Below, piece by piece: positions 41,747-49,973 of a DNA stretch of 49,973 bases. The notes under the pieces were generated by a model, which was not told where the DNA came from, ran no database searches, and saw nothing but the letters and a program-made list of their open reading frames with translations. Made by a program: the position numbers and the translations under genes. This stretch comes from a virus. The stretch lies in IMG/VR virus record IMGVR_UViG_3300017989_000027; one strand, written 5' to 3'. Each line of letters begins with the position of its first letter. The stretch's first letter is position 1.

Positions 41747-43267
41747 TTAGGATACGACCATCGGTGTATGATCGCTTTGATCGTTTGGTACCTCGAACAA
41801 GCTGGCACCACAGGACGTTACTAATTCGAGGAAGCAGATACCGGCATAGGCCAGTGTGTCTACTTGGTCGGCAGTTTCCTTTGGATCACCTGTCCAGGTG
41901 AATATCTCTTGTTCCCATTTGCGAAGCCATGGGGCGTACTTTTCTCTGGGGAAGAAAACCTTCCCACGTTCCATCTGATTGGCCGCGGTGGTGGCACGCA
42001 CGAGCTTGTCCTGTGATGCGGGGCGAAGGTCCTTGACCGGGAAGCCTTCTGCCGCTAGGAGTTGGAACAAGCCGATGCCCAAGCCGTTGGCTTCAACACC
42101 GACGAAGAGTAGCCGGCCGGAACCCATGACCTTCGGTAAGTTGGAGCCCGGTTGGTTGGTCGCGTGCTTCCGGCAGTTCATGCGGATGCGTTGTAGGACC
42201 TCGGGGGTTTCTGCTTGGAAGCGGTCTACATCCCATAGGAGCAGATCCCATTGGGGCGTGATGCACCAAGTAGAGATGACGGTCCAGGAGGGTTCACGCT
42301 GCCATAGCAGTGCATCCGCCGGACCTTCCCGAACAGAGGCAGCAGGGTCAATGGTTTGGAAGAACACGCAATCATGGACGTAGTGGGTGCGTCCGTCCTC
42401 AAGGACGATGACCAGGTGGTCGTCCGTGAAGCCATAGTATTTAGCCCAGGACCTCCGGAAACGACTGTCGGGACTGACGCCCCAGTCACCGTTTAGAAGT
42501 TGTTCGCGGGTAATGGGGTCAAGCTCTTGAAGGGATTCGATGTATTCCCCTTGATCGAGGAATGGGTTGTCTGAAATGAAGGCTGGGATGTGGGGACGTT
42601 GGGGGTGGGTTCCCCGGTAGATAGGCCCAACACGTTCGATCTGGAAACGCTCTTGAACCCAACCATGACCTACACCACCGGGGTTGGAGGCTGAACGAAC
42701 ACGCAAGGGGATCTTGGACTGTTGGGCAAACTCACGACAGGTAGGGCAGTTGGGATTGGGCTGTTGTTGGTGTTCGGGACAATGGCCCCTACGAAGACGG
42801 GAGAACAGGTAGGTGTAGTCCCATTCCCAGTGCTGTGTGAGTTCATCGAAGCCGATGAATTGGAAGGCCGATGACTGATAGCGGTACCGATCCATCGGGC
42901 CATTGAGGTAGCCGAACTGTAGCACGGCACCTGACGGGAACGTCCATTTGTTGAGTGAACCATTCCAATGGGCGTCCGATTGAGAAAGCCACTGGTGAGA
43001 GCGTGGGATCAGGGCTTCCTCAAGTTGTAAGTCGGTGAGGGTCTTGCGGAACAGTAGGGCAGAATAGCGTGGTACGTCCACGTATTGGAGGGCTGCCATT
43101 AACAGGGCGTCCGACTTGCCACCACCTGCCGCACCCCCATAGAACGCTTCCCGATGAGGTAGCATGAGAAAGCATAGTTGCCTGGCTGTTGGCCGGTGTG
43201 GGATGTACTCCGACCAGTGCAGACATCGCCAGAACTTTCGTTGTGCCTCAATCGGGATAGCAGTCAC
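41747..43267 (-). CDS. terL: Terminase large subunit, 506 aa.
   Basis: Walker A FYGGAAGGGKSD and Walker B FIGFDELTQ, with a C-terminal nuclease-like half. GTG start overlaps the upstream TAG. Confidence 0.85.
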   Translation of the reverse strand: MTAIPIEAQRKFWRCLHWSEYIPHRPTARQLCFLMLPHREAFYGGAAGGGKSDALLMAALQYVDVPRYSALLFRKTLTDLQLEEALIPRSHQWLSQSDAHWNGSLNKWTFPSGAVLQFGYLNGPMDRYRYQSSAFQFIGFDELTQHWEWDYTYLFSRLRRGHCPEHQQQPNPNCPTCREFAQQSKIPLRVRSASNPGGVGHGWVQERFQIERVGPIYRGTHPQRPHIPAFISDNPFLDQGEYIESLQELDPITREQLLNGDWGVSPDSRFRRSWAKYYGFTDDHLVIVLEDGRTHYVHDCVFFQTIDPAASVREGPADALLWQREPSWTVISTWCITPQWDLLLWDVDRFQAETPEVLQRIRMNCRKHATNQPGSNLPKVMGSGRLLFVGVEANGLGIGLFQLLAAEGFPVKDLRPASQDKLVRATTAANQMERGKVFFPREKYAPWLRKWEQEIFTWTGDPKETADQVDTLAYAGICFLELVTSCGASLFEVPNDQSDHTPMVVS

Positions 43268-43542
43268 TAGACTTCGCCAGGGTTCAATGGGTGTTCAAAG
43301 CCTTCCTCGCTTTCGAGGATGGCAAGGGTCACCGGGCAACCAAGGTGATGATACCAGCCATAGGCTGCGATTCTGAGTTTGAAATATCTGCCCGCACGTT
43401 CCAAGTCGTTAATATCCTGGGCCTCTTGGGACAGGAAGCGAAGTTTTTCTACTTCCTTCAGAAACCGCTTGAGCTTCCTCCGTTTAGCTGATTTGGTCTT
43501 CGGGCTGCCCCATTCCAGGGTAAGGGTTCGCTGAACGGACAT
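43267..43542 (-). CDS. Hypothetical protein, 91 aa.
   Basis: I chose the internal ATG 43542 with SD AAGGAGG. Confidence 0.5.
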   Translation of the reverse strand: MSVQRTLTLEWGSPKTKSAKRRKLKRFLKEVEKLRFLSQEAQDINDLERAGRYFKLRIAAYGWYHHLGCPVTLAILESEEGFEHPLNPGEV

Positions 43543-43552
43543 TGGAACCTCC

Positions 43553-43804
43553 TTATTCATTGCAATGACAATGTTCCATGGGCTTGTTGCAGCGAATGCA
43601 CAGCAATCCAGTTCCTCGGCAGCGAAGGCAAGTGTCACGTAGGTTCGCGGTTTGGAAACTGGTTGCAATCTCTGCTGCATTGGGTTGACGAAAGACAAAG
43701 CCGAACCCAGAGCAGATTGGGCAGTATCGAAAGCCTGGCAAGATGCTGGCTTTCTTGTTAATGCTTTGCTTGATTACCTCTTGGTTTGGTGTCTGGTTCG
43801 GCAT
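43553..43804 (-). CDS. Cys-rich zinc-finger protein, 83 aa.
   Basis: CPICSG, CLRCRG, CIRCN and HCHC motifs. Confidence 0.55.
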   Translation of the reverse strand: MPNQTPNQEVIKQSINKKASILPGFRYCPICSGFGFVFRQPNAAEIATSFQTANLRDTCLRCRGTGLLCIRCNKPMEHCHCNE

Positions 43805-43805
43805 G

Positions 43806-43922
43806 TCAGAACCCTATTTCGATTCCCAAGAGGACCAGGCCCAACAGAAACACAGTCGACAGCAGAACGAGGGTCAATGCGAACACGGTAGTACCAATCA
43901 GGTTGGAAATGAAATTGAACAT
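43806..43922 (-). CDS. Small hydrophobic peptide, 38 aa (MFNFISNLIGTTVFALTLVLLSTVFLLGLVLLGIEIGF). Below the track's size cut-off.
   Basis: Hand translation. SD GGGAGA upstream of ATG 43922. Its stop lies 1 nt from the next ATG. Confidence 0.35.
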   Translation of the reverse strand: MFNFISNLIGTTVFALTLVLLSTVFLLGLVLLGIEIGF

Positions 43923-43956
43923 GTCAATCTCCCGTGGGGGTTAGGGTGACTTGACC

Positions 43957-44193
43957 TTAACCTAGTTTCTTGACGTGCGTTCCTTCTGGGAGAGAAGGGG
44001 GATTCAGCTTGTGAAACAAGACGCGGCAACCTGCCCTTGCCGGATAGAGTCCGACGAAGGTGTAGCCGGTCAGATCGCCACCTTCCGCTTCGATGGCTTT
44101 GATGAGGATTTGTGCCATTTCTTCATGGCTGAAAACGTAACCGCGGGCTTCAGAACATTGCATGGTAGACCTCTTGATTAAAACGTCTTGCAT
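43957..44193 (-). CDS. Hypothetical protein, 78 aa.
   Basis: Two in-frame SD-ATG copies at 44193 and 44163. It lies directly downstream of array R6. Confidence 0.5.
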   Translation of the reverse strand: MQDVLIKRSTMQCSEARGYVFSHEEMAQILIKAIEAEGGDLTGYTFVGLYPARAGCRVLFHKLNPPSLPEGTHVKKLG

Positions 44194-44218
44194 GATAGAC
44201 CTCCTGACTGAAGGGGTT

Positions 44219-44474
44219 GGTGAAAACCATTCCGATCCCTTCCATTCCTATCCGCTTCACTTCGTTACTATCCGTTCCGCTACTTTCCACTTCCATCCGC
44301 TCCTTTCCGTTCCGATCCTCTACTTTCCATTCCCATCCGATCCAATCCGTTCCGCTCCGCTGGATGGATAAGGGCAACCATTGCTTTCCATTCCCGTCCC
44401 CTCCCCTCCTCTCCCGTCCCATCCACTACCTTCCATTCCCGTCCTGTCCATGCCCATCCAATCCAGTCCTATCC
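44219..44474 (-). repeat. GGANN pentamer satellite locus R6. Blocks of 25 and 17 units with an anchor at 44359-44389.
   Basis: (NNTCC)n on the + strand, starting 1 nt after the terS stop. It is more degenerate than the others (TAC and TTC variants). Confidence 0.85.
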
Positions 44475-44475
44475 A

Positions 44476-45240
44476 CTACACCGCTTCTCCGTTTCCGTCT
44501 GTTTCTGCGTCAACGTCTACCACGTCTTCACCGTTCTGTTGTTCGAGGGCGTTGAAGACACGTTGACCTTCTTCTGTTGCTTCGATCAGTCCGAGTTCCT
44601 GGAACAAGTACAATGCACCGGCAAGGGTTTCTTCATCTGCTGGGAACTGTTCTTTCTGAGTGACTTCAACATCGTGTTGTAGCGTTCCACCGATCTGAAT
44701 GTTGGGCGACCAGTCCTGTTTTGCAGAGCCATGCGTCAACCACCATTTCGGATCTTCTTTCGCAACAGCAACCTCTGCCAAAAGCCTGGCCTTACCTTTC
44801 GCTTCCTCAACATCTTCGAGAAATCCCAGGTAGATGAATCCATTGGGCGGTTCGATCAAGTCATTTGGATCAGGTTGTAAGTCTTCCTCTTCGCATTGTT
44901 CTAGCCTGGACAATCGTTCACGCTCTTTCCTTCCCTTGTTCAACCAGGCATAGAACGTCTTGGCGTTTACACCAAGGGAGGCTGCTGCTACATGGTCGTA
45001 GGCCCCTGCTTCTATGTAGCGAAGGAACCTGTTGTAACTCTCTGCACTTAGGGTTTCAAGGCGAAGACGCTTCCTTGGCTTCCCTTTCTGGCGGAGAATA
45101 GTAGCAGCCGTTAGTAATGGATTATGGGTGTCATCAGGGTTGCCGTTTCCATTGCCGTTTGAGTGACCATTGCCGGTGGTGTGTCTTAGCCCATCTTGGT
45201 CTTTGTCTTGGTCTTCCGGGCCCATTGGGTGTTTGGCCAT
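44476..45240 (-). CDS. terS: Terminase small subunit (HTH), 254 aa.
   Basis: HTH AAASLGVNAKTFYAWLNKG and an acidic C-terminus. I chose ATG 45240 because the track extension covers a terminator. Confidence 0.6.
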   Translation of the reverse strand: MAKHPMGPEDQDKDQDGLRHTTGNGHSNGNGNGNPDDTHNPLLTAATILRQKGKPRKRLRLETLSAESYNRFLRYIEAGAYDHVAAASLGVNAKTFYAWLNKGRKERERLSRLEQCEEEDLQPDPNDLIEPPNGFIYLGFLEDVEEAKGKARLLAEVAVAKEDPKWWLTHGSAKQDWSPNIQIGGTLQHDVEVTQKEQFPADEETLAGALYLFQELGLIEATEEGQRVFNALEQQNGEDVVDVDAETDGNGEAV

Positions 45241-45326
45241 GGCTCGATTCCTGTTGTCACATTTGCCAAAGTGTCCAGTCCGAAGAAACCAAACTTCTGC
45301 TAAGATAGTGTAGAGGTATGGGCATG

Positions 45327-45359
45327 AAAAAACCACCCCCCACTTCAGGTGAAGGGTGG
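45327..45359 (-). terminator. Rho-independent terminator upstream of terS.
   Basis: In mRNA sense, CCACCC...GGGUGG hairpin followed by UUUUUU. Confidence 0.55.
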
Positions 45360-45414
45360 TCAGTCTCAAGCCTGGTCATTTGACCGGCTTACCCAACCCC
45401 CACGATTGGCTCAA

Positions 45415-45573
45415 TTAAAAGTTGCCTTCCCTCAGCAAACGCCGTGCTCGGTTGCGGACACGATCAGGGGCACCTTCATCGGCGGCGATCTGACGAAGCC
45501 TCCGCTCTGCACCGGCGACAGTACGTGGACGCAATCGGCGACGGCCAACGTCCGAAGCAGCACCTTTACTCAT
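45415..45573 (-). CDS. Small Arg-rich protein, 52 aa.
   Basis: I chose the internal ATG 45573 with SD AAAGGAA. Confidence 0.4.
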   Translation of the reverse strand: MSKGAASDVGRRRLRPRTVAGAERRLRQIAADEGAPDRVRNRARRLLREGNF

Positions 45574-45586
45574 AGCATCGTTCCTT

Positions 45587-46330
45587 TCAGGCTGTCGGGG
45601 CAAGCCTACCTTGCCTCTGTTTCCGGGCTTTGACCACTTGATCCTGCATGTAGCTTCGGGTGGGAACCCAGGTGCAGGGGCCTACTTTGGTTGCCCACTC
45701 TTTTGCTACTTTATCGGTCCTAGCCCACAGCCAAATTGGGGTTTTGGGCCAGCGACTCACAAGCCACCTGGCCCCTTTCCAAAACTGGGTACGTCCCCAT
45801 TCTATACCCTTTTGGTGGTGAGCGTCAATAAGAATTGGGCCGGGGAAGCTATCCGGCCACCATCCCGACCATATCTCCAGCCACCCATCCAGGGCCAAAA
45901 TGCCGACGTTGGGAATCAGGGAAAATCCCGCCTTGATGAAATCGGAGGAGACTACGGCTGATCGGTAGACCTGATATAGCTGGTAGATGAGGGGTTGGAA
46001 CTTCCAGGCTGAGAAGTCTGGGCTGACAACCTTGGAGATGCCACGCTCCTGCAACCAGGCTACCTTTTTCAGGAATAGATGACCTTTCCAGAGTGGTTCG
46101 ATCAGGTTGTCTTCGCACAGGAAATGGACGATGCACTTTTTCGGATCACCACCTGCCTCGAAATACCGCTTCACGTCCCATCCATCACAACGAACTAGAT
46201 AGTTGAGGTTGTAGTCCGTTCTGATCCCTGGCATCCATCCAATGGCATCCATTGCAGGAAGATGGCCCAATGAGATGCAACCTTCCCCACTGATTTGTGG
46301 GAAGCCAAGACTGGTTGGGCTGAGGTTCAT
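45587..46330 (-). CDS. DUF4417-like protein, 247 aa.
   Basis: IVHFLCEDNLIEPLW ... VVSPDFS ... GFSLIPNV pattern. I chose ATG 46330. Confidence 0.5.
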   Translation of the reverse strand: MNLSPTSLGFPQISGEGCISLGHLPAMDAIGWMPGIRTDYNLNYLVRCDGWDVKRYFEAGGDPKKCIVHFLCEDNLIEPLWKGHLFLKKVAWLQERGISKVVSPDFSAWKFQPLIYQLYQVYRSAVVSSDFIKAGFSLIPNVGILALDGWLEIWSGWWPDSFPGPILIDAHHQKGIEWGRTQFWKGARWLVSRWPKTPIWLWARTDKVAKEWATKVGPCTWVPTRSYMQDQVVKARKQRQGRLAPTA

Positions 46331-46334
46331 TGCG

Positions 46335-46580
46335 TTATTCCTCCGCGTGGTCCCTTGGTGCCTTTGGAAAATCAGCACCTAAGTCAAGGGCCTCATCTGA
46401 TAGATGGGATGGGGGTTCACCTTCCCGAAGCCAATCAACAACACCCTGGAGATCAAGATCGGTTTGCAACAGGAAGTCCGCTACTTTGTTTTGCTCCCGA
46501 TTAGTTCGGAACCATAGATACAGGTTCACGAGGTTAAGTGTGATTGCCACCACACAAAGGACGATGGAAAGAATTGTCAT
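46335..46580 (-). CDS. Small membrane protein, 81 aa.
   Basis: N-terminal TM segment ILSIVLCVVAITLNLVNLYLWF. Confidence 0.5.
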   Translation of the reverse strand: MTILSIVLCVVAITLNLVNLYLWFRTNREQNKVADFLLQTDLDLQGVVDWLREGEPPSHLSDEALDLGADFPKAPRDHAEE

Positions 46581-46583
46581 GGT

Positions 46584-47324
46584 TCATTCCTCTTCTACTT
46601 GGTTGGCAAGATTGTCAATACGTTTCCTGGCGGCTTCGTTCCGGAGAATCTGATCGCAGAATGGGCAACGCGGCATGGCATTGTCTACCTGCCGTTGTAC
46701 CTCAGTATTGTCGATAAGGTTGCTATCCCCGTTTCCCATACCATCTGCATCATCTTCCTCTGTTGCCATATCATCAAAGGCACTATGGTAATTGGGGTTT
46801 CCCCCGCCGGCTGCCATTGCTGTTGTGCTGAGATCGTCGATCAGCTTTGCCGCACCTGCAAGGGCTTCTTCGGTTTCTTCCTCGACTTCGGCAAGCCGGT
46901 CTTTGACCAGTGCCGTTAGTTCTTGGAGGGTTTCCGCGTTCTCTTCTGCCATGGCTGCAATGGGGTCCAGGGTCAGAAGGATTTCTTCCTCCTCTTCCTT
47001 GCTGAGTTGAACATAGGTGACCGGGACCGTGGATTCACGGGCCTTCAGGGCTTCCTCGATTCGGAGGTGCCCGTCAATCATCTTGCCCGTGACTTTGTTG
47101 ATGATGACCGTGTGAACCCAACCGATCTTCCTCATCACGGCAAGTAGGGCCTGGCGTTGACGGGGTGGATGGGTACGCCAGTTCTTATCGTGGGCGATGA
47201 TCTCCTGGGGGTCCAGTTCACCATGCCCAACAATCCGGTTCTTCCAGGTTCGGAGTTGAGAAGCAGGTTTGGCCTTTTTAGCAGCCTTTGGTGTTTTGGG
47301 GGCGGGCGTCTTTTTCTTGCCCAT
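46584..47324 (-). CDS. ParB-like nuclease-domain protein, 246 aa.
   Basis: HDKNWRTHPPRQRQALLAVMRKIGWVHTVIINKVTGKMIDGHLRIEEA, plus a C-terminal CPFC. I chose ATG 47324 with SD GGAGG. Confidence 0.7.
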   Translation of the reverse strand: MGKKKTPAPKTPKAAKKAKPASQLRTWKNRIVGHGELDPQEIIAHDKNWRTHPPRQRQALLAVMRKIGWVHTVIINKVTGKMIDGHLRIEEALKARESTVPVTYVQLSKEEEEEILLTLDPIAAMAEENAETLQELTALVKDRLAEVEEETEEALAGAAKLIDDLSTTAMAAGGGNPNYHSAFDDMATEEDDADGMGNGDSNLIDNTEVQRQVDNAMPRCPFCDQILRNEAARKRIDNLANQVEEE

Positions 47325-47325
47325 G

Positions 47326-47691
47326 TCAACCTCCGTTGTGAATGCGGGCTGGTAGGTCTTCCAGCTTGGTTGAGATTTCCGAGACTTCCTCTTGGAGATC
47401 CTCGATTGACTTGGTAACCGCATTTAGCGTAGCTGTGTTGTCGGCACAGGGAAGGTTAGCTAGCTTATCCTCCAGCCAGTCGTTTCGTTCCCTGACAAGG
47501 GCAACCCGTCCACCCATGGATTTGAGTCTGTCAGAAACATTGTCCATCTTGTCCCCGATGGTTGCAAAGTGGTTGCTTCTGTCCTTGAGGAGTGACTTCA
47601 CGATCCAGAAAAGAAAGCCCAGCAGGATGGCACAGAAGCCAGCAAAGAGGTACTGGACAACCGGGGTGAGAATGTCGAGGACTGCTAGCAT
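47326..47691 (-). CDS. Membrane-anchored coiled-coil protein, 121 aa. Candidate holin or spanin-like lysis factor.
   Basis: TM segment YLFAGFCAILLGFLFWIV followed by a helical region. It lies downstream of the peptidase gene. Confidence 0.55.
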   Translation of the reverse strand: MLAVLDILTPVVQYLFAGFCAILLGFLFWIVKSLLKDRSNHFATIGDKMDNVSDRLKSMGGRVALVRERNDWLEDKLANLPCADNTATLNAVTKSIEDLQEEVSEISTKLEDLPARIHNGG

Positions 47692-47783
47692 GATAACTCC
47701 GGTGGTCTGGGGAACATATCTAGCCCGCTTCTGAAAGAAAGAGTATCAATAAAGGGGCCCGGGATCAAGGGGGTACGCACTAT

Positions 47784-47813
47784 ATATACCCCCCTAATCC
47801 CGGATTTTATTAT
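47784..47813 (-). promoter_or_regulatory. Conserved 30-nt element, copy E.
   Basis: Minus sense ATAATAAAATCCGGGATTAGGGGGGTATAT, preceded by the palindrome TGAACGACTGTTCA (47815-47828). The G-run can pair with TACCCCC (stem 47769-47775 / 47787-47793). Confidence 0.5.
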
Positions 47814-47825
47814 CTGAACAGTCGT

Positions 47826-48992
47826 TCACCTCCCCATCGGATGTTCTGGAGAAAACACGATGTTCCAGTCCGTCACGTCACGCGGGTGGAACCCTTCGGA
47901 GTCCGTGTAGACGTATGCCGTCTGCCGGACCTTTTTCATCGTGTCCTCTGCTGTGAGGACGAAGGCACCTTCAGGTCTTGGGCCCCAGAGATGGTCAGGC
48001 CAGTTGGTGACCTTGTTCCAGTTGCCCCAGGTCTGGTTCCAAATGCCGACCCAGGAGGTCAACTTCTTTCCGGTTCGTTGCTCGTAGAACTCACGGAATT
48101 CGTCCGTGTCATCGTAGCCCATCAGGTATTCCGCATGGTTGGCGGACTGAAGGCGGTAGGTTACCGGGTCCCCTGAGTTCATGGCCGTGCGGGTAGAACC
48201 TACGTGGATCGCACCGAAGTTGAAGAGGGCGTCCAGGACGGCACCTTCTTCAGAAATGGAATGGACTTTGGAGAACCGGCGTTGACCCGACTTCAGGTGA
48301 TCGACCAAGGCTTTCGGTGGCCCAGAGCGACCCCAAGCGTTTCCGTAGGATTCATCTTTGTCTTCGTCCCGGAAGTCCCATTTCTGCGATCCGAGTTCGT
48401 AGACTATGCGTAGCTGGGTCCCGATGGTGGTGTGAACCCATGCGGCGGTTTCCAGGGAGGAACCCTGCCCGCTGTGTCCACGGAATCCGTAGGGTACGGC
48501 GGTTCCGACCTTTGCGAGATAGGCAAGCGGTTTGCCTTCGCCCAGTTGGTCACTGCTGATGACGCTCCCACAGAGTTCTGCACAGGAAGCCATTGTGCAG
48601 TTGCCGTAATTCTGCATGAAGATCAGGGCGTTTGAGGGGTCCAGCCGGCGGTAATGGTTGAAGTTGACCGCACGCTTTCCCTTGCCGGTTAAGGCGAGTT
48701 TCTGGTTGACCAGTTGGGTTTCAGCAGCACCAGCCCAGACTGGAGTGTCCCGAAGTCGAGCGGCCTCTTGACCGGCAATGTCTTGTGCCCAGGACGGGGC
48801 TTCACTGTCATTGACAAAGCAGCCAATGAACCCGTTGTTGTAGTTGGCTTGTAGCGAGGCTGGGCCAAAGTGTCTGTTCCTGGCGGAAACGACTTGGAGC
48901 CCAACCGGCCGACAGCCAGGCAACAAGACGTTGGACGTTGGCACTTTGTCTTCAAGTCGGTCGGGACGGAAAGGATCGTTAAGGTCTGACAT
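47826..48992 (-). CDS. Papain-like (C1-type) cysteine peptidase, 388 aa.
   Basis: QNYGNCTMAS (Gln-Cys), SANHAEYLMGYDD (His) and IWNQTWGNWNK (Asn-x-W-G), in the papain order. Confidence 0.65.
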   Translation of the reverse strand: MSDLNDPFRPDRLEDKVPTSNVLLPGCRPVGLQVVSARNRHFGPASLQANYNNGFIGCFVNDSEAPSWAQDIAGQEAARLRDTPVWAGAAETQLVNQKLALTGKGKRAVNFNHYRRLDPSNALIFMQNYGNCTMASCAELCGSVISSDQLGEGKPLAYLAKVGTAVPYGFRGHSGQGSSLETAAWVHTTIGTQLRIVYELGSQKWDFRDEDKDESYGNAWGRSGPPKALVDHLKSGQRRFSKVHSISEEGAVLDALFNFGAIHVGSTRTAMNSGDPVTYRLQSANHAEYLMGYDDTDEFREFYEQRTGKKLTSWVGIWNQTWGNWNKVTNWPDHLWGPRPEGAFVLTAEDTMKKVRQTAYVYTDSEGFHPRDVTDWNIVFSPEHPMGR

Positions 48993-49029
48993 GGTTGTCT
49001 CCTAATAATACGTGGGTGGTAAGGGTAAC

Positions 49030-49800
49030 TTAGCGGACGCACTCCAAGCCTTCTCGGACCTCGCGAAGGGCGGCTGCGAAGTCGAAGACGGTTCGGAGTT
49101 TGCCGGCATTCTCCCTGGCTTCCAATGCTTCGGATAGCTTGTTTTGCCATTTGCCCCATGCCAGCTTTCTGGAGGAAAGTGAGGCTATGTTAAGTTGCTG
49201 AAGGCGGGTGCGGGCCGCGGAGATGGTCGGGTAACATGGGCGGTTGGTGACCGGCTTGCGACACTCCATGATCCCCGTGACGACGGTAGTGATGTTGGCA
49301 GCGATAGCACCTGCTTCGCCCTTGACGTTCTTTCCCTCAACCAGGGTTTCTGCCCATTGCTTGACGGACTTGCCCAGTTCAGTTGACGGCTGAGGGCCGG
49401 GGTTCGGGTTAGGATTGGGGTTCGGATTAGGTTGTGTACCAACCTGGAGACATTGTAGGGCTAGCTTCAGTTTGCCGTCGGTGTCAGTCATGCCGGCGAC
49501 GAAGATAACCGTGTAGGGTTTGGAGTACCCGCAGATCGCAGCCGGGATGTCGGAACCATCTTCGCCTTCGAGCTTGAGGCGGAAGAACAACGGTCGTGCT
49601 TCGTCCGGTTGCACGTCCCAGACGTAGGCCGTGTAGACAGAACCTTCTGATGAAATGATGGACGCGGTGCCCAGGTCGATTCGGGTGAGAATGGCTTTGG
49701 GTGCCGTGGTTGGGGTTGCTGAAGCAAAGATGGTGTGGGGGCAGTTGGCAAGTAGACACAAGAGGGCAGCGAACAGGACGTGGTTGATTTTGGATGGCAT
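49030..49800 (-). CDS. Secreted or lipoprotein-like two-domain protein with a (PN)5 linker, 256 aa.
   Basis: Signal peptide MPSKINHVLFAALLCLLANCP. PNPNPNPNPNPGPQP linker. SD AGGAG. Confidence 0.65.
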   Translation of the reverse strand: MPSKINHVLFAALLCLLANCPHTIFASATPTTAPKAILTRIDLGTASIISSEGSVYTAYVWDVQPDEARPLFFRLKLEGEDGSDIPAAICGYSKPYTVIFVAGMTDTDGKLKLALQCLQVGTQPNPNPNPNPNPGPQPSTELGKSVKQWAETLVEGKNVKGEAGAIAANITTVVTGIMECRKPVTNRPCYPTISAARTRLQQLNIASLSSRKLAWGKWQNKLSEALEARENAGKLRTVFDFAAALREVREGLECVR

Positions 49801-49841
49801 GGTAAATCTCCTACAAAGGTTGAAGTTGGACGGGAACCTAC

Positions 49842-49973
49842 TTAGTCCCCGTCAGGGTCTTCGGGTGGGCGGCGTTCCTGAAAGGATTGTGGTTCTGCCG
49901 AACGACACGGTTCCTTGTTGGTTGATTCTCCTGTAACGGGTGTTTGTGGGCAGTTGGTTGGATCGGGGACACA
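49842..49973 (-). CDS. csrA: 3' end of csrA. It duplicates 1-123 and adds the last two codons and the TAA stop.
   Basis: The frame from ATG 339 continues ...GAC GGG GAC TAA across the junction. Confidence 0.8.
   Translation of the reverse strand, partial: CVPDPTNCPQTPVTGESTNKEPCRSAEPQSFQERRPPEDPDGD
49851..49973. repeat. Second copy of the terminal 123-bp overlap.
   Basis: Identical to 1-123. Confidence 0.95.

Noticed and set aside
44219-44474. Contamination by human satellite II/III-like (ATTCC)n sequence.
   Set aside because: The NN positions are fully degenerate rather than AT. The arrays butt directly against phage stop codons and SDs. They share phage-specific anchors and all have the same orientation relative to transcription.
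1-49973. Search for tRNAs, a reverse transcriptase/DGR, integrase/repressor, and toxin-antitoxin or defence genes.
   Set aside because: I found no T-loop-like GGTTCGAATCC or its complement, no YxDD reverse-transcriptase motif, no template/variable repeat pair, and no recombinase signature by eye. Absence cannot be proven without tRNAscan or HMM searches.

Overview
The window is a complete, circularly closed tailed-phage (Caudoviricetes) genome. Bases 1-123 are identical to 49851-49973, which I read as an assembly overlap, so the unit length is 49,850 bp. I call about 65 genes, almost all on the minus strand. They form three blocks. (1) A replication module at 1-14.4 kb: primase-helicase, family-A DNA polymerase, Sak4-like ATPase, PD-(D/E)XK exonuclease, family-4 UDG, a DUF932-like protein and an H1-like basic protein. 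(2) A short plus-strand accessory operon at 15.2-17.7 kb behind an ~830-nt non-coding control region. (3) A long late region at 49.8 down to 17.5 kb: secreted protein, papain-like peptidase, ParB-like, DUF4417-like, terS, terL, protease/scaffold, D-like decoration protein, lambda-E-like capsid, beta-helix protein, neck and tail proteins, portal-like protein and an 875-aa tail protein. I recognised no tRNA, CRISPR array, reverse transcriptase or integrase. The main candidate discovery has two parts. First, an unannotated CsrA/RsmA homologue straddles the window junction (ATG at 339, reading through base 1, stop at 49842-49844). It is missing from the ORF track because it has no stop codon inside the window. 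Second, the same genome carries six strand-specific intergenic satellite loci built from about 247 phase-locked pentamers (my hand count). They read GGANN in mRNA sense and NNTCC on the + strand, and are punctuated by conserved ~30-nt anchors. GGA is the CsrA recognition core, so this looks like a phage-borne CsrA paired with cis-encoded GGA sponge or leader arrays. Secondary observations: a 30-nt element present in 5 copies, inverted repeats bracketing single genes, an A9 slippery run with a 97-codon -1 frame extension, a cluster of very basic mini-proteins, a lone plus-strand gene inside the late operon, and a displaced portal-like gene. All product calls come from motif recognition by eye. 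No database search was run.
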